DNA from: an uncultured Christensenella sp.
GTDB taxonomy: Bacteria > Bacillota > Clostridia > Christensenellales > UBA3700
Direction: 5' to 3'
DNA: 64,000 nt
Assembly: GCA_910583735.1 (NCBI GenBank)
Contig: CAJTXS010000001.1
Span: 80,402 to 144,401, forward strand
Of the stretch, positions 9,161-18,487 are shown piece after piece. The notes under the pieces are model-generated. The model made no database searches, was not told the origin of the DNA, and saw only the letters and a program-made list of their open reading frames with translations. The translations under genes and the position numbers were made by a program. Numbering within the stretch: position 1 is the first letter of the stretch; every line of letters starts with the position of its first letter.

Positions 9161-10698
9161 AAGCTGTCAAGGTAAAGAAGATTCTCGCCGCGGTATTGAC
9201 TGTGGCGCTGTGCGCGCTCATAATTTTGCCTATCGCCTTGGGTTACTCGCCCAGAGATAAGGTGCTTAAGATATATAATGTAGACGAGTATATCGATCCC
9301 GAGCTGCTGAGCGACTTCGAGCAGTATTACGAGGCGGTTACTGGTGAGAGCATCAAGGTGGAATATATGACATTCCCCACCAATGAGAGCATGCTCAATA
9401 AGATTGCGGGCAAGAAGTCAGATTACGATATCGTCGTGCCGTCCGATTACATGGTCGAGAAGATGATTAGGCTTGACCTGCTGCAGCCGCTTTATACTAC
9501 AGAGCAACTGTCCTCGCTCATCAAGGACGAGGACGCGTATGCTACTTGGATTGAGGAGTATTACGGGCAGTGGCGCGACAGAATGGGATATGATATCTAC
9601 TTCGATGACGAGATGAGCTATACAGACTATCGCAAGTCGGTATCGGACGGCGGATGCGTTGCGGATATGTTTAAGGACAGCAGCGATGATGCTTATTTTA
9701 CCTTTGACAAGGACGGAGTCTATTCCGCGCCCTATATGTGGGGGACGCTGGGTATTGTATACAATTTCACTACGCTTAAAGAAAGGGGCTATACGGGCGA
9801 TAAGCTGCAGAGCTTGCTCGACGCCGGCTGGAGCGTGCTGTGGGACGATGCCTTTAAGGGCAGAATAGATATGAAGGACAGTATTAGAGACACGTACGCC
9901 GCGGGCGCGTTGTATACTTACAACAGCAATCCCGGCAAGTACGGCGAGCTCAATGTAGGCGATATTCTCAACAACGGCAACGAGGGCTTCGTCGCAGACG
10001 TGGGCAACATGCTCAAGAGACAGAAAGAGATATTGCACGAGTACGAGACGGATACGGGCAAGCAGAGCATTATCGACGGCAGGACGGACTTCCTCTTGCA
10101 GTGGTCGGGCGACGCCATGTACTCCATAGCGCTTGCGCAAGAGGCCGGCGTCGAGCTGGGATATAATCTGCCTAATGAAGGCTCCAATCTGTGGCTGGAC
10201 TGCATGTGCATACCCAAGTACGCAAAGAATGTCGACGCAGCCAATCTGTTTATCAACTTTATGTGCATGTCCTCGAGCAGTATCTCCAATATGGAATATA
10301 TCGGCTATACCTCCGCCAATGCGACGCCTTATATCATAGATTATTGGATGGAGTACGGAATAGTCGCGGGCGAAGAGGATGCCGAAGATTGCGAAATAAT
10401 GGACTTGTCTTACTTCTTCGGAGATATCGGTGCGCAGTTGCCTGTGTATACGGACGATTATACTTCTTTCCTGTGCGAGTACGAAGAGGACGATGACGGC
10501 AACATAGTGTATTCGGACGGTACTGCGGTATATTACGATCCCAAGACGGATATAGGCGGATACACCGTAGCCGACTCCTTTAGGGCGCAGTATCCCACAT
10601 TGGAACAGGTTAAGAGGTGCGCGGTCATGAGGGATTACGACGACGATACGTACGAGCTGCTCATCGCGATGTGGACATCGATTAAGGGCGCATGGTAG
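9157..10698 (+). CDS. potD: Spermidine/putrescine substrate-binding protein PotD, extended (513 aa)
   Basis: N-terminal hydrophobic anchor followed by LKIYNVDEYIDPELLSDFE...SDYDIVVPSDYMVEKMIRLDLLQPL, typical of the PotD/PotF SBP family. It is the last gene of the pot operon. Confidence 0.8.
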   Translation: MKAVKVKKILAAVLTVALCALIILPIALGYSPRDKVLKIYNVDEYIDPELLSDFEQYYEAVTGESIKVEYMTFPTNESMLNKIAGKKSDYDIVVPSDYMVEKMIRLDLLQPLYTTEQLSSLIKDEDAYATWIEEYYGQWRDRMGYDIYFDDEMSYTDYRKSVSDGGCVADMFKDSSDDAYFTFDKDGVYSAPYMWGTLGIVYNFTTLKERGYTGDKLQSLLDAGWSVLWDDAFKGRIDMKDSIRDTYAAGALYTYNSNPGKYGELNVGDILNNGNEGFVADVGNMLKRQKEILHEYETDTGKQSIIDGRTDFLLQWSGDAMYSIALAQEAGVELGYNLPNEGSNLWLDCMCIPKYAKNVDAANLFINFMCMSSSSISNMEYIGYTSANATPYIIDYWMEYGIVAGEEDAEDCEIMDLSYFFGDIGAQLPVYTDDYTSFLCEYEEDDDGNIVYSDGTAVYYDPKTDIGGYTVADSFRAQYPTLEQVKRCAVMRDYDDDTYELLIAMWTSIKGAW

Positions 10699-10728
10699 TG
10701 CGTTGCGATAACCTATTTAAGTAAAAAG

Positions 10729-10761
10729 AAAGAGTTCGGCATATCCGTCGGACTCTTTTTA
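10729..10761 (+). terminator. Intrinsic terminator after potD
   Basis: AAGAGTTCGGC (10730-10740) pairs with GTCGGACTCTT (10747-10757), with wobbles, followed by TTT. An A-rich run precedes the stem. Confidence 0.6.
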
Positions 10762-10837
10762 ATATTGTTCGATTGAATTGAGCGGCTGTTATTATATTTA
10801 AGCGTTTTAGATTGCTTTGACTTTTAACGCTGTCGCG

Positions 10838-11767
10838 CTATACGTTCATCAGCAGTACCAGGACGGGCAGCGTGACTATAGATAATATTGTGCCGAGCAG
10901 CAACGTATTGGCGGCTCGCTCCTGTCCCTGTCCCAGTATCTCGGCATAGTTGAGCACCACGCTCGCAACGGGGCAGCAGCACATCACATACAGGCATTGC
11001 TTTAGCTCTAAGTCCACGGGCATAAACCACACTATCGCAAAGGCTGTAAGCGGGAATATAACTTGATTGATAAAGACCGTAAGGTATTGCATGCCGTCGG
11101 TAAAGATAGGCTTAATCTTCATTGTCGCAAGGCGCATACCCATTACAAGCATACACATGGGCGTCGTCATCTTGCCGAGGACAGTCGCCATATCCGCAAT
11201 CTCGGCGGGCAATTTAGTAGACGTGAGGAAGAGCGGCAGAGCCACCGCAATAGAGAGCGTCGCGGGATTGATAAGGATCTTCTTGATGCTGATATACTTC
11301 CTATCGCCCGATATTATGAATGATGCCAGCGTCCAGCCGATGAGGCTCATTGACAGGAAGTACATCATCGAGTATACCGCCACATTCTGATTGTCGGGGA
11401 AGAGCGCTTGCAGTATAGGCACGCCGAAGAATGAGCAGTTGGTCAGCACTGTAGCCACCGAGCCTATCCTATACTTAACGTCGTCGAATTTCTTTTTCCA
11501 TAACAGGTAGAAGAACATCAAGAAGGCAATCTGCAGCGCCGTTACGATTCCGAAGAAGATGCCCATATTCTTGAGCAGCTGCGGCGTATAATCCGCTAAG
11601 TTGAATGAGTACAGAGTCAAGCCTGGTTGACATACGTACATAAGCACCGTTGCAAAGGCGGGTATAGCCGTCGCTTTCACCATCTTGGTCTTGACGACCA
11701 AGAAGCCGGGCACCGCATATGCGAGCATTATCGCGACCCATATAAGAGTGGTTAGGAAAGCGCTCAT
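10838..11767 (-). CDS. AEC (auxin efflux carrier) family permease
   Basis: A 309-aa polytopic membrane protein. The two-halves architecture and sequence are typical of AEC/malate-permease-like transporters. An AAGGAG SD lies 7 nt upstream of the start. Confidence 0.7.
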   Translation of the reverse strand: MSAFLTTLIWVAIMLAYAVPGFLVVKTKMVKATAIPAFATVLMYVCQPGLTLYSFNLADYTPQLLKNMGIFFGIVTALQIAFLMFFYLLWKKKFDDVKYRIGSVATVLTNCSFFGVPILQALFPDNQNVAVYSMMYFLSMSLIGWTLASFIISGDRKYISIKKILINPATLSIAVALPLFLTSTKLPAEIADMATVLGKMTTPMCMLVMGMRLATMKIKPIFTDGMQYLTVFINQVIFPLTAFAIVWFMPVDLELKQCLYVMCCCPVASVVLNYAEILGQGQERAANTLLLGTILSIVTLPVLVLLMNV

Positions 11768-11995
11768 ACTGTATCTCCTTAATTTAGATTATATTATACA
11801 CTCAATGCATTTAACTGGCAACAAAAGCGCGAATATTACGCGCAGATATTACGAGTTTTTTCTCGGAGAATTATAGGAGAGGTAGGCTTGATTCCGAAAA
11901 GCGTATCATTGATAGCCGATACGCTGTATCGCGACGTCGAAATCTAATAAATTATAATTAAATGACGCTTGGCTCAATCTTAAATCGTCATTAAA

Positions 11996-12024
11996 TTGAC
12001 AAGTATATAAGTATATCTTATAAT
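11996..12024 (+). promoter_or_regulatory. Consensus sigma-70-type promoter
   Basis: Perfect TTGACA (11996-12001), a 17-nt spacer, then TATAAT (12019-12024), 19 nt upstream of ATG 12043. Confidence 0.65.
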
Positions 12025-12042
12025 TAAAGCGGTTGAGTAATC

Positions 12043-12507
12043 ATGAGAAAGTTCGCAATAGTTAACAAGGCTTTTATAATGACGTCGCTGGCGCTTGTCG
12101 CGGCTGTGCTGCTTATTATTTTATGCGCGCCTTTCGCTGCTGCGGAGCAAGACAATACGGTGTCCGTCTCCATCAACTCTTTCCGTAAGACCAAGGTCGA
12201 AGATAAGAGCGTGGGCGACAAGATATATTTGGATACGCCCATGATCCCCGACGGCTATACTTTTGCGGGGTGGAGCGACGGCAAGCAGATATATCCTTCG
12301 CAGACGGAGATAGAGATTACGAGCGAGCATATCGAGGACGGGCTCAATCTTAAAGCTGTGTACGAGCCGATTAAAAGGGATAATACGTTATACATTATTA
12401 TCGGCGCGTCGATAGGCGGTCTGATACTGATAATGATTATTTTGGCGGCAATTATTATTAGGCATAGGAAGAATGCTCTTAAGCAGGACGATGCGGAGCG
12501 CAGCTGA
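12043..12507 (+). CDS. Small membrane-anchored protein with one InlB-B/Listeria-Bacteroides (Flg_new) repeat
   Basis: It has a signal peptide (…LCAPFAAAEQ), the repeat core PDGYTFAGWSDGKQIYPSQTEIEIT...LNLKAVY, and a C-terminal TM segment (LYIIIGASIGGLILIMIILAAIII) followed by a basic stop-transfer RHRK. Confidence 0.7.
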   Translation: MRKFAIVNKAFIMTSLALVAAVLLIILCAPFAAAEQDNTVSVSINSFRKTKVEDKSVGDKIYLDTPMIPDGYTFAGWSDGKQIYPSQTEIEITSEHIEDGLNLKAVYEPIKRDNTLYIIIGASIGGLILIMIILAAIIIRHRKNALKQDDAERS

Positions 12508-12540
12508 TAATGTCGCCGCAATTCCGAGTAATAGACGTAG

Positions 12541-12711
12541 ATAGTTGGGAGAGGAGATAGCGCCTTGCTGCCTATAGTGGATTAGTGCAAGTTCTCAATG
12601 TCGGACGGCAGGCCGATAATGCCTGTATCGGTACATGCGCATCATTCTTTTGTTGACGGAATACATGTGACGCAATTTATGCGCGCACTGCAAAATATTT
12701 TGGATAAATAA
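12541..12711 (+). pseudogene. Relic of a chloramphenicol-acetyltransferase-like gene (C-terminal about 56 codons, internal TAG)
   Basis: The frame reads IVGRGDSALLPIVD*CKFSMSDGRPIMPVSVHAHHSFVDGIHVTQFMRALQNILDK*. The MP[VL]S[VI]..HH...DG.H...F...LQ block and its spacing to the preceding P-h-h-T/D motif match CAT C-termini (…APVFTMGKY…[18 protein letters not shown]…). There is no N-terminal part, and an in-frame TAG lies at 12583-12585. Confidence 0.5.
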
Positions 12712-12739
12712 AATCAGCTTAAATAATCAAAAAATCACT

Positions 12740-13531
12740 TTATGCGGCTACTCGGTTAAGAGACTGCGGCGCCCCTGCGCTCTGTCGCTCGATTGCACTC
12801 TGTAGGTATGCGCTCAATATCCCCGTAACCTTTTCGTAGCCTCTCTTATTGAGATGCAATCCCTCGACGGATAGCTCTTTATACATATATCCGTCGCTGC
12901 CGGTAATGTGCGAGTGTACGTCTGCATATGTCACATTGAGCTCGGCGCACATGTCTTCTATCAAAATATTGGATGCGAGTATGTCCTCTTTGGTCCTTGT
13001 GCCTACTATGCGCTTGGATAATCCCATTACGTTGGGATTAACAGGGTATAGGGACTGCACGATTATTTTGCAGTCGGGCAGCTCTGCCTGCACGGCGGTT
13101 ATTATCTGTCTGAGATTGGCGCTTAGGCTCTGAGGCGTACCGCCGTGTCCGAGGTCGTTGGCGCCGCCGAGCAACACCAATACGCTCGGTTCGGTCACAA
13201 GGACATTGTCCTCCAACCTCTCGAGCATGTGAGATGTCACATCGCCGGATATTCCGCGGTTGAGGGTGGGGAAGTCGTAATATTCTTGTAAGTCATACAT
13301 TTCCGTCAACGAGTCGCCGAAGAATACAACGCTGCCTTTAGGGGCGTCGACGCTTATCTTCGCGTATCGCTTAGCCTTTATGTCCTTTACCCAATCCGTC
13401 GTGATGAAAGCCCAGCCGTATATGTCATAGAAGAAAGAAAAGACGGAGCACAGTATTATGAGCAGAGCCAATACCGTCACGAAAATAATGGCGGGTATGC
13501 TCTTTTGTCTTTTAATTGCGCTGTGCGTCAT
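12740..13531 (-). CDS. SGNH/GDSL-family hydrolase with an N-terminal membrane anchor
   Basis: Block I is VVFFGDSLTE, block III is LLGGANDL, and a TM helix lies near the N-terminus (IPAIIFVTVLALLIILCSVFSFF). Confidence 0.8.
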   Translation of the reverse strand: MTHSAIKRQKSIPAIIFVTVLALLIILCSVFSFFYDIYGWAFITTDWVKDIKAKRYAKISVDAPKGSVVFFGDSLTEMYDLQEYYDFPTLNRGISGDVTSHMLERLEDNVLVTEPSVLVLLGGANDLGHGGTPQSLSANLRQIITAVQAELPDCKIIVQSLYPVNPNVMGLSKRIVGTRTKEDILASNILIEDMCAELNVTYADVHSHITGSDGYMYKELSVEGLHLNKRGYEKVTGILSAYLQSAIERQSAGAPQSLNRVAA

Positions 13532-13638
13532 CTATTATATATCCTTCTTCCATTTAATTACAGGCTATATAATCAACAAAGTAATTGAATTATAGTACCT
13601 TATATGTTATATTATTATTATAATACTACGGAGCGATT

Positions 13639-16620
13639 ATGGCAAGAGAATATCTCGACGATGGTATAGAAGGAGAGGATAGCTATCTCAACGCTGAGGA
13701 AGAACTCGAGCAAACGAGTGATTCCGAGTCGTCTGACGAAGAGAGCGAAGAGAAGAACTTCGAGCCGGATGCCGATTACGACGGCGACGACGCGAATGCT
13801 CCTCCCGCCAAGAATAAGAAGAAGCATTGCTGTCTTACATGTCTTATCACAGTACTTATCATTACTGCGGTATTTATTGCCGCGGCTTTGGGCGGCTCGT
13901 ATTTTGCATGGGATCATTATATCGGCAAGGAGTCGGGCGTCAACCTTTTCCAAGCGTCTACGCTTATGCGTCGCGCCTTTAAGTCGGACGACTCGCGCGT
14001 AGACAACAGATATACTGGCAGCGACCTCGACGCGTTTTACGACGGCTTGCTGGGGGCTCTGTGTATGAAAGTCCCCGAGGGTTACGATTGGGACTTGGGC
14101 AAGTTGGTCATGTCTTACGTTAAGGGCGAGGGCAGCGAAGAGGAAGCACAGACGTTGCTTTCGGTAGTCAACGCCGAGTCCGACAGCGTCAATTCAACAG
14201 GCAATGCAGAACTCGATAAATTGCTCAACTCGCTTTCTTTCGATTGGGACGCTATCAAGAGCGATGCTGATAAGGGCGTGTTGCAGATTAACGGCAAGCA
14301 GCTTGGAGCATTCATCGGCGACGCGCTCAAGAGCGTGCTATCCGACCCCGAGTTGACGGGGCTTAGAGCAGACTTCGGCGACTGCATATTTATCGAGCAG
14401 GTCAATATCAAGGGTAAAGATATAATAGACGATCCGTCTACGGTAATTACCGTTACTATCAAGATCATGCCCAAGCATATCGTAGAGGTATGCGCGGACA
14501 GCTATCTCGAGCCCTTACCCTCTATTGCAAGGAAGTTGATTAAGACATTGGTGCCTTCATCTATGTATATCACGGCCGACTTGAGACCGTGCGACAACGG
14601 CGGCAGCGCAATGCTGTATTTCAACGGACTCGACGACGAGCAGATGGGCAAGATATTCTCCGTTGTAGACGCGGTAATTAAGCTCACGGGCTCCGATGTG
14701 AGCGTAAGAGACAGTCTGCTGCGTCAAGTCAACGAGACCGTATGCAACTCTATCGACAGCCTTAGGAAGATAGTGCCCGTTAATTTTGTTGCCGACGGAC
14801 TCAAGACATTGCCCGTAGATTTCATGCTCGGAGCGCTGAAAGTGGACTTGAGTGCGGCGCAGTTCTTCGATGTGGTGAGATATATCGCTTCTCCCGATCA
14901 TTATTACACGCAAGATATGCTTGACGAATTCAAGTATGTCAATTACGACGCCGAGGCGCAAGAGCTCGTAAATACCGTCAAGGGCAATTACGGTCTCGCC
15001 AAGGCGGACGAGATAACCGCAGACAACTTATATTCCAGTATCAAGGGTATGTTCGACGGCAACAGCGCCTTTATAGACAAGATAGACGTCGTCAGCGTTA
15101 TGACGGACGAGCGAATTGTCTGGGACGGCTATGTGCCTTTAAGTTACGGCGGCTTTGCTGGGCTAGTGAGAGGATACATGGAGGAGAACGCAACGCAAAG
15201 CGGCGGAATGGTATTCAAGCTGTGTTCTCTCGAGTACGACGAGGTTAAGTCGGCTGCAACAGGCGGCAGATACGTCAAGCTGCGTATAGAGCTCGATATC
15301 AGGCAGACGCTTCGCAATATGAATATCAATATTGCCGACAACGGCGTGTATGCCAACTTGATTAAGCAGATTATTCCGTCCAAGACTTACGTGAGCGCGG
15401 AAGCGGATTTATCGGCTATGTTAAGCGGGCAGGAGATGGGCGTTGCAATAGAGTTCAACGACTGCGGAGACGGCACGGAGGAGATGCTCGACAACTTGGT
15501 CAGACTTCTCTCTTCGTTAGGCGTGAGCGGCGATACGCTCAATTCGCTCAGTTATCAAGGCTTAAAGAGCCGCATAGCAGACGCTGTGGCAGGTATCAAT
15601 AAGAGCGGCAACGTCAATATGATCAAGGCTATCGACGATCAGTTCATATACATAGACAATGTCTACAGTCTGCTTTATAATTACGCGTATACGGGCAAGG
15701 CGGAGGAGCAGGGCAAGGAGCCGATTAGCCTGCAGAGATTTGCCTCGGCGCTTCAATCGCTGTACAGATTCGACAGTTCCGTATCTGGCGAGGGCGACGC
15801 TCCCACGGCGGTGAGCTCCGCCACTTACATGGGCAAGGATTACGCTCCCGCGGAGGGCGACAGCAGCTGGTCGCTGGATATCAGCAATCCCGCAGCTAAG
15901 CTGTCGGTTACGGACAGACTGATAGGCAACGTGCTCATTGCAAGAGAGAAACAGGCGGCAGGCAGCTCGGACGACAAGTCGCTGTCTAAAGAGATGGGCT
16001 TGACGGGCGAGATTATCTACGGTCAGTCTTATTGGATAGAGCAAGTTAGCATCGTCACCCCTCACTCTGCGGAAGGGCAGCGCATGATATCGTATTACGA
16101 GAAGGCGATAACGTCATTCAATCCCGACTACGATAAGACGAGGGAGAGCTATCTTGTCGTAACTATCGCAGTTGATGTGGACGCTTTCACAGGCGTGCCC
16201 AACAGCGCGAAATTACTGCCAGGCAACGTCTATTTGACTATATTCATGAATGTGACCGAAGGACAGCGCTACTACGGCGCGGGCGGTAGCGTGGTCAATC
16301 CCGACGCGTACGAGCTCGATATAATCATCAATAACATCGATGCTCAGACGCAGAGCGATCTCTTCGAGATAGTGGGCGCGATAGACGCCGATATGGCTCG
16401 CAGCCTCTTCTCCCAAGAGAAGATAACTCAACTGCGCAATAATCTGCACAAGTTCATGATAGAGTTCGCTCTATACAAGTCGGACGGCGCGCTTCTGCCC
16501 GATATATGCATAGGCGAGATACTTGACGCATCGGCGCCCGAGAGCGTAGGCGCAGACGAGAGCGGATTGGGCAAGTTGTCATTTAAGGTGTCCGACTTGC
16601 TCGCCATTATCAAGCCGTAA
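13639..16620 (+). CDS. Orphan 993-aa single-pass membrane protein with an acidic N-terminal tail
   Basis: The first 60 residues are D/E/S-rich (…EEELEQTSDSESSDEESEEKNFEPDADYDGDD…). One TM helix follows (CLITVLIITAVFIAAALGGSYFAW), then about 880 aa with three related segments. No family recognised. Confidence 0.75.
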   Translation: MAREYLDDGIEGEDSYLNAEEELEQTSDSESSDEESEEKNFEPDADYDGDDANAPPAKNKKKHCCLTCLITVLIITAVFIAAALGGSYFAWDHYIGKESGVNLFQASTLMRRAFKSDDSRVDNRYTGSDLDAFYDGLLGALCMKVPEGYDWDLGKLVMSYVKGEGSEEEAQTLLSVVNAESDSVNSTGNAELDKLLNSLSFDWDAIKSDADKGVLQINGKQLGAFIGDALKSVLSDPELTGLRADFGDCIFIEQVNIKGKDIIDDPSTVITVTIKIMPKHIVEVCADSYLEPLPSIARKLIKTLVPSSMYITADLRPCDNGGSAMLYFNGLDDEQMGKIFSVVDAVIKLTGSDVSVRDSLLRQVNETVCNSIDSLRKIVPVNFVADGLKTLPVDFMLGALKVDLSAAQFFDVVRYIASPDHYYTQDMLDEFKYVNYDAEAQELVNTVKGNYGLAKADEITADNLYSSIKGMFDGNSAFIDKIDVVSVMTDERIVWDGYVPLSYGGFAGLVRGYMEENATQSGGMVFKLCSLEYDEVKSAATGGRYVKLRIELDIRQTLRNMNINIADNGVYANLIKQIIPSKTYVSAEADLSAMLSGQEMGVAIEFNDCGDGTEEMLDNLVRLLSSLGVSGDTLNSLSYQGLKSRIADAVAGINKSGNVNMIKAIDDQFIYIDNVYSLLYNYAYTGKAEEQGKEPISLQRFASALQSLYRFDSSVSGEGDAPTAVSSATYMGKDYAPAEGDSSWSLDISNPAAKLSVTDRLIGNVLIAREKQAAGSSDDKSLSKEMGLTGEIIYGQSYWIEQVSIVTPHSAEGQRMISYYEKAITSFNPDYDKTRESYLVVTIAVDVDAFTGVPNSAKLLPGNVYLTIFMNVTEGQRYYGAGGSVVNPDAYELDIIINNIDAQTQSDLFEIVGAIDADMARSLFSQEKITQLRNNLHKFMIEFALYKSDGALLPDICIGEILDASAPESVGADESGLGKLSFKVSDLLAIIKP

Positions 16621-16727
16621 CGGCGCGATATACGGCGAGAGATACAGACGCAATAACTATTGATTTTCTCAATATAGTTAAGTGCCGCGGCGGTGGTCGT
16701 GCGGCGCGGAGTAAGTTAATTAAATCC

Positions 16728-16766
16728 AAGCGGGGGATACGATATACGTCCCTCGCTTATTATTTT
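16728..16766 (+). terminator. Intrinsic terminator after the 993-aa gene
   Basis: AGCGGGGGA (16729-16737) pairs with TCCCTCGCT (16749-16757), with one G-U pair, followed by TATTATTTT. Confidence 0.5.
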
Positions 16767-16822
16767 GCAAGATATATGAGTATATAGATGAACGAGATGC
16801 ATAATAAAGACAGAGCAGTCGA

Positions 16823-16851
16823 TTGATTTTATCGCGGCAAAGATATATAAT
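16823..16851 (+). promoter_or_regulatory. Sigma-70-type promoter of the PfkB operon
   Basis: TTGATT (16823-16828), a 17-nt spacer, then TATAAT (16846-16851). Confidence 0.6.
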
Positions 16852-16904
16852 GAGTTTAACGCAGACGTATATTATAAGCGTCGAGCGGATTATAAGGGGT
16901 GAAT

Positions 16905-17795
16905 ATGGGTATAAAGTACGATACTACCGTAATCGGTCATATATCGCTTGACTACAATATCGACTATCTTGACGACGAGATAATCGAGGTGGGCGGCGCT
17001 GTAATTTATTCGTCTGCCGCAGCTTACGCTTTGGGACATAAAGTCGCGGTCGTTACCAAACTTGCGCCGTGCGATGCGGAAAGAGCCGAAGTATTTACTA
17101 TTCCGAGCAAAGACATCAATGTCATACCTTCATCGAAGTCCACTTCTATTAGGAATAAATATTACACGCCCGATAAAGAAAGGCGCAGTTGCACTTGCAT
17201 ATCTCAAGGCGATCCTTTCTCGATTAATGACATCCCCGACTTCGACAGCAAGATATTTCACTTTGCGGGACTTATATACGGCGATTTCGACGGTAAGTTG
17301 ATTAAGAGCGTATCTAAGAGGGGTAAGGTTGCCGTGGACGTTCAAGCTCTTTTGAGACATGTTGACCCCAAGACGGGCGCGATGTACTTCGAGGACTGGA
17401 GCGATAAGCTCGATATATTGCCATATATAGATTATCTCAAGACAGACGCTGCGGAGGCTGAGATACTTACGGGAGAGACCGATAGGGCGAAGGCTGCCGA
17501 GATACTGTACTCTTGGGGCGCAAAGGAAGTCGTTATTACGCACAATACCGAGGTGCTCGCCTACGACGGACAGCAAGTATACACCTGTCCCATTAAGGCG
17601 AGGAACCTATCGGGACGCAGCGGCAGAGGCGACACTACCTTTGCGGCGTATATCACCGAGAGATTGAATAATTCCGTTGCGGATTCCCTGCTGTGGGCGA
17701 CAGCCGCCGTATCTGCCAAGATGGAGACTCCCGGACCTTATAAGGGCACAAGAGCGGATATCGCCGATTATATCGACAGATTTTATAAGGAGTAG
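16905..17795 (+). CDS. PfkB-family carbohydrate kinase
   Basis: Ribokinase-like fold markers are present: N-terminal GHISLD...GGAVIYSS and C-terminal GRGDTTFAAY (anion-hole/DTxGAGD-like). ATG 16905 is preferred over GTG 16899 because the AAGGGG SD ends at 16899. Confidence 0.8.
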   Translation: MGIKYDTTVIGHISLDYNIDYLDDEIIEVGGAVIYSSAAAYALGHKVAVVTKLAPCDAERAEVFTIPSKDINVIPSSKSTSIRNKYYTPDKERRSCTCISQGDPFSINDIPDFDSKIFHFAGLIYGDFDGKLIKSVSKRGKVAVDVQALLRHVDPKTGAMYFEDWSDKLDILPYIDYLKTDAAEAEILTGETDRAKAAEILYSWGAKEVVITHNTEVLAYDGQQVYTCPIKARNLSGRSGRGDTTFAAYITERLNNSVADSLLWATAAVSAKMETPGPYKGTRADIADYIDRFYKE

Positions 17796-17798
17796 ATT

Positions 17799-18059
17799 AT
17801 GTTTCATTCATATAAGACGAGCGGCACGTGTTCAGTACGCATAGATTTGGAGCTTAGGGACGACAAGGTATACAATGTCAAGTTTTACGGCGGATGCCCG
17901 GGCAATTTATCGGCTATCCCAATACTCGTACAGGGTATGAGCGTTAACGAAATAGAGGATAAACTCAAGGATGTCAAGTGCGGAATGAAGAATACTTCTT
18001 GCGCGGCGCAGCTTGCCAAGGCGGTTAGGACTGCTTATGATGAGGAGAAGGGCGTATGA
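17799..18059 (+). CDS. TSCPD-domain small protein (TIGR03905-like, 86 aa)
   Basis: The GTCS...V.F.GGCPGN...I..L..G....E......CG...TSC..QLA pattern is characteristic of the 4-Cys TSCPD family. Confidence 0.7.
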   Translation: MFHSYKTSGTCSVRIDLELRDDKVYNVKFYGGCPGNLSAIPILVQGMSVNEIEDKLKDVKCGMKNTSCAAQLAKAVRTAYDEEKGV

Positions 18060-18418
18060 GCGTTGTAACTTTCGATACGAGAGTTAGACAGGACGAGCGC
18101 AATAGCGCTTTCTACGACAGCGTGAGAGAGGCGTTGCTCGGCTATGCGGGCGTCAAGAGCCGTTGCAGTATCAGATGCGACAGCTTCCGCTATAGGGGCA
18201 AGTTGATTGCCAAGATTGCTATCGGAGGCAGAACGCTTAAGCTGTATCTCGACGCAAAAGTGCCCGACGGCATCAAGGCGAGCAATGTAGATAAGGGCGG
18301 CATTGACGCGTACAGCGAAGTGCCTCTGTTGCTGCCTCTTAAGTCGGGGGTTGCGGTTAGGAAAGCCATCGCGGTGATAGACTCGATGATGAGAGATAAG
18401 GGCATTGTCAAGGCGTAA
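18056..18418 (+). CDS. Hypothetical protein (120 aa), translationally coupled to the TSCPD gene
   Basis: ATGA start/stop overlap at 18056-18059. It is basic and I recognise no family. Confidence 0.55.
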   Translation: MSVVTFDTRVRQDERNSAFYDSVREALLGYAGVKSRCSIRCDSFRYRGKLIAKIAIGGRTLKLYLDAKVPDGIKASNVDKGGIDAYSEVPLLLPLKSGVAVRKAIAVIDSMMRDKGIVKA

Positions 18419-18444
18419 GCCTGTTCATATTGATTAAATAAAAT

Positions 18445-18468
18445 AAGAGAGGCGATTGCCTCTCTTTT
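18445..18468. terminator. Bidirectional intrinsic terminator
   Basis: A perfect 9-bp stem, AAGAGAGGC (18445-18453) with GCCTCTCTT (18458-18466), around a GATT loop. It is flanked by A-rich and T-rich runs between convergent genes. Confidence 0.75.
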
Positions 18469-18487
18469 CCTTATATTATATGTAAGT

